DNA from: Eledone cirrhosa
Lineage: Eukaryota
Assembly: GCA_964016885.1 (NCBI GenBank)
Contig: OZ024743.1
Location: 109,492,001-109,556,000 of the forward strand
Direction: 5' to 3'
DNA: 64,000 nucleotides
Shown here: positions 56,107 through 64,000 of the stretch, piece after piece
Numbering within the stretch: position 1 is the first letter of the stretch
How the letters are laid out: each line of letters opens with the position of its first letter
Position numbers and translations under genes: made by a program
The notes under the pieces: model-generated
Told to the model about the DNA's origin: nothing
The model's database searches: none
Seen by the model: the letters and a program-made list of their open reading frames with translations, nothing else

Positions 56107-57220
56107 GGATTATCTACATATCTAAGGGAATCACATGATTGGATGATCAAACTCGTTTTGAAACACGAAAGCATCAAAAGATCATACTCTATTACAAAAG
56201 ATGCACAAATATACAGTAATGGATTACAAATCTCAGAAGTTCCATTTACTGCTAAAATGAAAAACACAGAAAAAGTAAAGCAGGTAAAAGTAACTGCAAA
56301 GAAAGAACTGCTACAGAAACTGGCTAAGAAATGGCAAACCCTCTGTATGGAAAATACCCAATCCTGATGTTGACAAAACTTTAACGCATCATTGGATGGC
56401 ATCCTTTGGACTGAAATTAGAGACTGAAGGACTGATTATATCAGCACAAGATCAGTGTCTACCAACAAAAAATTACCAAGGCAACATAATAAAAAATGGA
56501 TGCAACCCATTATGCCGTCTATATAAAAACCAACCAGAGACCATTGATAATATAATTTCAAAGTGCAGTCCTATAGCTCCAACCGAATACCTAAACAGGC
56601 ATGACAGAGCTGCACAATACATACATTGGATAATATGTAAGCATTTTTACCTGCCCCATCAAAAGAATTGTGGGAGCATCAACCACCTCCCATACTTGAA
56701 AAATATCACATCTCAATATTGTAGAACTTTAGCATCCAAACTGACCGAGAAATGGATGCAAATAGATCTGATATAATACTGAAGGACTTTAAAAAGATGA
56801 TATGCCTGCTAATTGATATGTACGTTCCAATAGACAAGAATGTATCTATAAAAACATTTGAAAAATTGAGCAAGTATAAGGACATGGAGATAGAAATTGG
56901 AAAAATGTGGAAATTGAGTACTAAAACAATACCAGTGGTTGTAGGCGCTCTAGGAATGATACCTAATGGGTCTAATGATTACTTATCGCAAATCCCAGGA
57001 AACCCGCGTATAGGAGAAATACAAAAGATAGTACTAATGGGAAATGCCCATATACTAAGGAAGATTCTGTCAATATAAGTACATCAAAATTCTAAACACC
57101 TAAAATGCATGTGTGTGTATGTATGTTCTTTCTTGGACATGGCGTACTTTGTTGTCTCTTGAGGTCACTGGTTGTGACTTGGTGATAACTCGTATGAACA
57201 TAAAGCAAGATAAATGCAAC
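56107..57220 (+). mobile_element. R4/Dong-clade retrotransposon, 3' portion, in (TAA)n
   Basis: ETEGLIISAQDQ, CRL..ETIDNIISKC, RHD, NRSDII, LLID, EKLSKYKD, PVVVGALG; (TAA)n on both flanks. Confidence 0.9.
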
Positions 57221-57239
57221 TATAATAATAATAATAATA

Positions 57240-59815
57240 ATTTCTTTATTGGTCACAAGGGCTGACATCAAGAAAAAACATTACAGACGGTACGGGACGG
57301 TACAGGACGGTACGATGTGGCTTCTGTGCGTGTAAATATTTTTATTATTTATATAAGAAAAGAAAAAAAGACATATTAAACATATCTATATATAAACAAT
57401 AAAAATGATAATTGAAACAATGAAAAATTCCCCAATAGGGAGGGAAATCTCCGAGGGTTACTCGTGGCGAGTACCACATAAAATATCACGGCCACCCTGA
57501 CCACCAGGGCAAGCGCCCTCTGTCAATGTTTCCATTTCTCAAACTACAGACGTATATTCATTCGGACCATTCTCGCTACATTCACCCGCCTTTCAACAAA
57601 CTTGCTAGAAAACAACACCTGCCTCTCCAACCTGATTTACCTCTTCAAGTGAAACTTGAAAAAGTTAATTAGGTATTCGCCGAAGAGGAAAGTGTTTGTA
57701 TTTAACCCTTTCAACCTTGTCCACCACATACTCTCTTTCGCCATGGCCACCAGGCAGATTAAAACCGCCTGCCCATCCTCCTCGAGGGAAGACGGCAAGA
57801 CCATCTGCACATCGGACTCAGTCGATAACCAGATCAGTCCTACACGCGACAGCAACTGTTCGACATAGCTCCACAAGTCAGCAATGCTTGGGCACTGAAC
57901 GAATGCGTGCAAGACGGTTGTGTCGCTCTGCGCGCATCTAGGACAGGCTCGGCTGACGGCACTTCCGTTCCTGTAGGGCTTATCTCGAACCGGCAGCGCT
58001 TCCCGGTAGCACTGCCAGGCTAGGGATTTTTGGAAGTTATCCATAGGCCCTGGGCTGAAAGTTCTCCGGAAGAGAGCAAACAGCTGATCTTCTTCGAAGC
58101 CCAGGATATCTCCGAGAAAGTCGTCGCTCTTCCCTTCCACAAGTCCTCTATAGAACGCCCACTTGCTCACGGCCCATTTCTGCGTGAGGGAGGCTACCTT
58201 GCTCGTCACCTCGTTCCAGTTTTTCTCCATCTGGAGGTCCGGTCTGAACCAGACCCCGAGCAATTTAACCGGTCCTCCGCCCAACGCCCCGCAACTCTGT
58301 TGGATGCCATGGAGTTGGCTTTCCAGGTGCTGAGCTTCAAGCCCAACGACTTTTCCTGGTTTATCTTTGCTCCTATAACCGCTTCGTATCCCTTGAGAGC
58401 GGTGCGGAGCATGTGGACGTGTCTGTTCCTCGACACCTCCAAGGTGACGTCGTCGGCATAAGATGACTCGTATTTCTCGCATCCTAGTTCGCGTGGGACG
58501 CCCCTTATCGCCCCCAGTTTGTGCAGTATTGGCTCGAGAGCCAATACATACAAGAGGGACGAGAGGGTACAATCCTGGCGGATTGAGCGCATGATGCTGA
58601 AGGGCTGCGACAGGTGACCGTTCAGCCTCACAACTGAGCAGATGTCGCTATACATCACAGCGATCCAACCCCTGAAAAAAAGGGTCCAAACCGGTTGCCT
58701 CGAGGACCGCCGCCAGGTACCGATGGTCGACCCTATCAAATGCTTTGGATTGATCCAAGTTGATCAGGGCCCCACCCGTGCCAGGTTCCTTAACCACCCT
58801 CTCTATGATGAATCGCATGAGATGGATGTTGTCGTGTATGGATCTGTCCGGAATGGCGCAGTCTGCACCTCTCCAACCAGACCCTTGACGACAAGCGTCA
58901 ACCCCGTTGCTAACACCTTGGCCACAATCTTGAACTCTGCGTTTAGCAGGGTTATGGGCCTGAAATTATCGATAACATCCCCTTTTTCGGGTCTTTTCTC
59001 AGCAAGGGCACCGCTCCCTGGCTCACAAAACTGCGAATGGTCCCGTTCTGCTGCCAGTTGCAGTAGACGTCTGCCAAGAGGTCACCGAACAAGTCTGACA
59101 TAAATTAATAAAGCTCGTAGGGCAGCAATCCAAACCTGGCGATTTACCACTCGTGTAGTTAGCTTTCGCCTCCCGTAATTCACCGGCTGTTATTGACTTT
59201 TCGCAACACTGTGCTGCGGTCGACGTGAGCTGAAGCAGTCCGTCGAGTTTTGCACTGAAGTCCATGCCCGATCCGACTCGACGCTGCTCCCGAACGGTTC
59301 AGCAAAGTGCTGCTGAAAAGCTTCGCACATCTGCTCGGTGTCGAGCAACACGAACCCGTTTTGGTCAGACTAAGACCGAATTGTGGTTTGTTGCCATGTC
59401 GCGCCTCTGCCACCCGGGCCCATTGGACGGCTTTTGTCACCTCGTGTTTCAGAGCACGCTCTCTAGCTCTGACAACGCAGCCTTCGCGTTTTGTGTTGAA
59501 GAATTGGTCGAGTGCCAATCTTGCCCCAAGCACTTTGGTTGCGATGCCTGTCCTAAACCCCTCTTCTAGCTTTCTGACTAGCTCTCCCTCTACTCTATTG
59601 TCCTCTATCACTAGTCCTTTGCTAAACCTAATCGACTCTACTTTAATTGCCCTTTTCAGAGCGAACCACCCCCTGTTGTTGACGACCGCTCCCGTCAACA
59701 CCCGCTTAACTAATACGCTAATCCGGTCTCTGTAGGGTGTGCGCGCCGGGAAAGACGCGTTCAGCTTCCAGTAACTGGGCCCTTGTCTATGAAGTCTGTC
59801 TATGTCGATCTCACA
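57240..59815 (-). mobile_element. 5'-truncated Tx1/L1-clade LINE (same family as 50017-55620)
   Basis: GPSYWKLN, GKSPGLD, SIRQDCTLS, YADD, CPRC; same 3' end in (AAT)n; internal deletion near 58160. Confidence 0.9.
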
Positions 59816-59837
59816 GATCACAAATTTATAATAATAC

Positions 59838-59866
<29 letters not shown>

Positions 59867-59868
<2 letters not shown>

Positions 59869-59977
59869 TGTTTCTACTTTTGGCACAAGGCCAGCAATTA
59901 CCCAATGCATTACTGGTACTTTATTCTACCGATCCCGGAAGGATGAAAGGCAAAGTTAACCTCGGCGGGATTTGAAC
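59867..59977 (-). mobile_element. 5'-truncated SINE in (AAT)n
   Basis: Runs from the B-box to the tail; (AAT)n on both sides. Confidence 0.88.
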
Positions 59978-60010
<33 letters not shown>

Positions 60011-60744
60011 TTAAAACAACTGTGATAGAATAATTCTTATTACAAATGAAATATAAGATTACAGTTTTGGCCCTCAGCAGGCGACAACGCATCACATTAC
60101 GGCATATGGTCCCAATATTTAACATTTAATTTTGGATCAGAAATGTTATAGTCGAAAAAGAGAAAAATGGCTAAGTGGACAGATAGGCAAATAATTTCAC
60201 CACCAACACCACCACCGCCACCATCACCACTACCACGCCAAAAAGTCTAGTCAAGTTACCTCAACTTCTATTTCTACTTCAACTTCAACACCATCACTAC
60301 AGTACTACGATCACATCACCACCACCACTGCCTATTTATCGCTACCGCCGCTATTCTCTCTCACTACCTCCTCCTAAGTACTACTAGCACATCAGCAACA
60401 CCACCGCTGCCTCATTATCGCTACCGCCGCTGTTCTCTCCCACTACCTCCTGCTAAGACAGGCATCATAGTATTCCCACTAAATGAGGAAGGCATCAACA
60501 TATATAAATAGACTGATTTGATGACCCAGTTAAAAAATAAAAATATAAAAAATAAAAATAAAAACAGCACAGCAGCAACGAATAACGTAAAGAAAAGAAA
60601 AAAGAAAAGAAAAAACAAACAGACAGACAGACAAGCAAAAAAAACTAAGTCAGACATTCAAACATTACATTACAATGAAACTTATGCTTATTTGTTTGAT
60701 TTTTTACCTAATTGTTTGTTTGTTTATTTATGTTTGTCTATAAC

Positions 60745-63700
60745 GTGAGAGTGCAACGCTAAAATCACCGAAGGTGATCAAATCACCGGAGGTGATGAAA
60801 TCAACGGTGGGTATGTAACCATACATTCACCAATCCTCGATAAGAGTGTTTCAATGTTGAACCTAAAGAGTTCGAATAACGGTGAAGGGGAGACTGGAGT
60901 GTTATGTGACAGACTTTCACTCAGCAGGTGCTCCCTCGCTCAGCAGAAGGGACTTGGCTGTCAACCAAATACTGCTGGTGTCGGAGGAAGAAGAAGGAAA
61001 GGGAAAAAAACCAACTGGACGAAAGATTTGAATAGAACTGTTATGCAATGTTATCTGAAGAGTAACCCGAAGGAAAAAGGCTATAGGAAACGGGTGCTTA
61101 ACATCTTGAACGAGATTGGTCTATTTAAATTAGATGAACAAAAAATGGCCGGGCAGGCTCGGGTAATAAGGACTAATGGGTGGATAAGCGAGCTTGAACT
61201 GGAGGAACTGAGCAGAGAGATTAGGTTGGAAATGGAGTGTGGAGTATGCCAGGCAAACGAGCCAGTGGGAAATGAAGGTGAAGAGGCTGGGAGAACAGAG
61301 GAACCATCCGAAGCAGACAATGATCTGAATGCTGAAATAAATAATACCTGGAACAAAGATACGGCCACTGAGGAGATGAATGCTGACGGGCTAGGACAAG
61401 ATTTGATTGATATCCTAAACTTAGTGGTAGATGAGAGGAACAATGATAGTGGGAAACCTATGAACCTAAGATTTGTAGACAGGAAAAAGTTAAAAGAAAC
61501 AACAGCGAAGGTAAACAAAGTCATCCCATACCTTGAGGCGAGGAGCCTTCACCAGTGCAACAATATCCTCAAAGCAACAACAAATACGGTGAGGAAACTA
61601 CTTGGTATAAAAGCCAGAGGAAACAACAAACAAGAAAGATCAGAGCCTTGGTGGAAGAAACGACTGAATGGTTAAATCAGGGAAATGAGAAATGACATTG
61701 GAAAGCTTGAGTCCCTACTAAATGGGACACTAAAAAACATAGACACAAAAATAGACTGGAAATAAAGTACAAAACTAGGAGGAAAAAGCTCCTTATTATC
61801 ATAGAGGAACTGATGCAACGCATCAGTGCAAAAATCAGGCGATACGAGAACAGAGTCAGTCAGTATAGACAGAACCGCATGTTCGACAACAACCAGAAGA
61901 TGCTGTTTGGACAGCTTGAAGAGAAAGAAAGAGGCAACGACTTGATCCCTGAGGCGGTACAAACTAAAACATTCTGGAGAGGAATATGGGAGCAGGATGT
62001 TAAACATAATGACCAGGCAGTGTGGATTGAGACAGTACAGAAGGAGATTAGTGAACAGGCACAACAACAAACTGATTTGAGTATCACAGTTGAAACTCTT
62101 ACGGGGCAGGCCAAAAGACTAACCAACTGGAAATCACCAGGCCCAGATGGTGTGCAGGGGTATTGGATTAAAAATATAACATCCCTCCACCCGAAACTGA
62201 CAACCATGTTCAATGACTGCTTGATGTCAGGTGAGGTACCAGAGTGGTTGACAAAAGTTACCACAGTTGTGATAATGAAAGACCGAATCAAGGGTAATGA
62301 TGTTATCAACTATAGACCTATCACATGTCTGTCCGTAATGTGGAATCTGTTGACAAGCATTATGTCTGAGGAAATCAAACAATCACCTCCACACAAACAA
62401 CTTGTTACCGGACGAACAGAAAGGATGCCGAAAGAAGTCACGTGGTAGAAAGGACCAGTTACTTATTGATAAGATGGTAATGAGGAATTGCAAGAGGAGA
62501 CACACTGGTCTTGCCATGGGATGGATAGACTACAAAAAGGCATTTGACATGGTGCTTCATTCTTGGATCACCAAAAGCCTGGAGATCTTCAAGGTGGCAG
62601 ATAACATCAGACAGTTGTTGGGAAAAAGTATGAAGTCCTGGGAAACAGATTTAACATCAGCTGGAGAATCCTTGGGAAACGTGAAGATCAAGAGAGGTAT
62701 CTTCCAGGAAGATAGTCTGTCCCCTCTGTTGTTTGCCCAGATGCCCCTGACCAGTGTACTGCGAAATGTGAGAGCAGGATACAGGTTGGGAAAGGGAGGG
62801 CTTACCATCAATCACCTCCTCTTCATGGACGATCTTAAGCTCTTCGGGAAGAGTGAGAAGGAGTTGGATGTGCATGTTGACACTGTCCGTATTTTCAGCA
62901 ATGATATATGTATGCAATTTGGTATTAGTAACTGTGGAGTCCTTGTGATGAAGAGGGGTAAATTGAGCAGAAGTAACGGAAACCTGGTACCAACAGGTGA
63001 GATGATAATAGAAATTGACTCTGAAGAAGGATACAAGTATTTGGGTGCTCTGGATGCTGATGACATCGAGAACAAAAAAATGAAGGAATTGATAAGAACT
63101 GAATACATTCGGAGAGTAAGGAGCGTATTGAAGTCACATCTGAACAGCAGAAATGCCATAAGCGCAGTAAATTCCCTAGCTGTGTCTATTATTAGGTACA
63201 GTGCGGGAATTCTGAGATGGAATGTTGCTGAACAAAAAGAAATGGATAGGAAGACTAGGAAGCTATTGACTATCTACAACATGTTCCACAAGTGGAGTGA
63301 TGTCGATAGACTCTACCTAAGGAGATCTGAGGGTGGATGACGTCTTATCAGCATAGAGGACTGTGTTCAGATGGAGAAAAACAACCTATACAAATACGTG
63401 ACCTATAGTAAGGAGCCAATGCTCAGAGCTGTACTGAAGGAGGGGACAGTAGGCCAGGGGATATCCAAGGAGGAAATAACATCAATGAGGAAGAGCAGCC
63501 TTAAGGGAAAATCCCTTCATAGTACCTTCTTTGAGAAAACTGAATTTAGAGATCCACAGACATGGAACTGGTTGAGAAGAGGAGACCTCAAAAAGGCTAC
63601 AGAAGGAATGCTAATGGCTGCGCAGGAGCAGGCCCTCAAAACGAAGTGGTTGAAGCACCATATCTACAAGGAGGAGGCTAGCCCACTGTGCAGGATCTGT

Positions 63701-64000
63701 GGAGAGAGAGAGGAGACTGTGGCTCACATTGTGTCCGAGTGTAAACACCTAGCCCAGACCCACTATAAGGGCTGGAGACACGATGTGATGGGCAGGGTGA
63801 TCCACTGGCACCTGTGCAAAGTAAACAATCTACCACATTCTGAGAAATGGTATGAGCATAGGCCAGAGGCGGTGATAGAGAACAGTCAGGTGAAGGTGCT
63901 GTGGGATTTTAGGATACAGACGGACAAAAAACTGGAACACAATAGACCTGACCTGGTGGTTGTGGACAAAGAAAAAAGATCGTGCCTGATTGTGGATGTG
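60745..64000 (+). mobile_element. R4/Dong-clade retrotransposon, 5' end through RLE, running off the window
   Basis: WTKDLNRTVMQCY N-terminus, [63 protein letters not shown]; a few stops and frameshifts. Confidence 0.93.

Noticed and set aside
63338-63340. In-frame TGA in the Dong ORF as recoding
   Set aside because: Falls in a GGRG-type motif rather than at a Cys, and the copy has other lesions; simple decay.

Overview
AT-rich, microsatellite-dense eukaryotic DNA, probably animal. The tRNA-derived SINE and repeat landscape suggest an octopod cephalopod (inference). I can support no intact host gene; most listed ORFs are (TA)n/(CA)n translations. The window is almost entirely transposon relics: at least five Penelope-like elements (PLEs; RT + GIY-YIG), non-LTR elements of the RTE, CRE, Tx1/L1 and R4/Dong clades, a mariner relic and about nine SINE copies. 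The main hidden layer is RNA structure. About a dozen minimal type I hammerhead ribozyme (HHR) motifs (stem I-CTGAnGA-stem II-GAAA-short stem III-UH-stem I) lie in PLE-type termini. Four HHR families share a C.C mismatch at stem II position 4, and several termini share a downstream GAGTRCTY motif. These termini repeatedly occur as inverted duplications or fold-back palindromes that turn at the ribozyme core and are embedded in (TA)n. The SINE shares its 3' tail with the Tx1/L1-like LINE. Coordinates were read by eye, so element boundaries are approximate.
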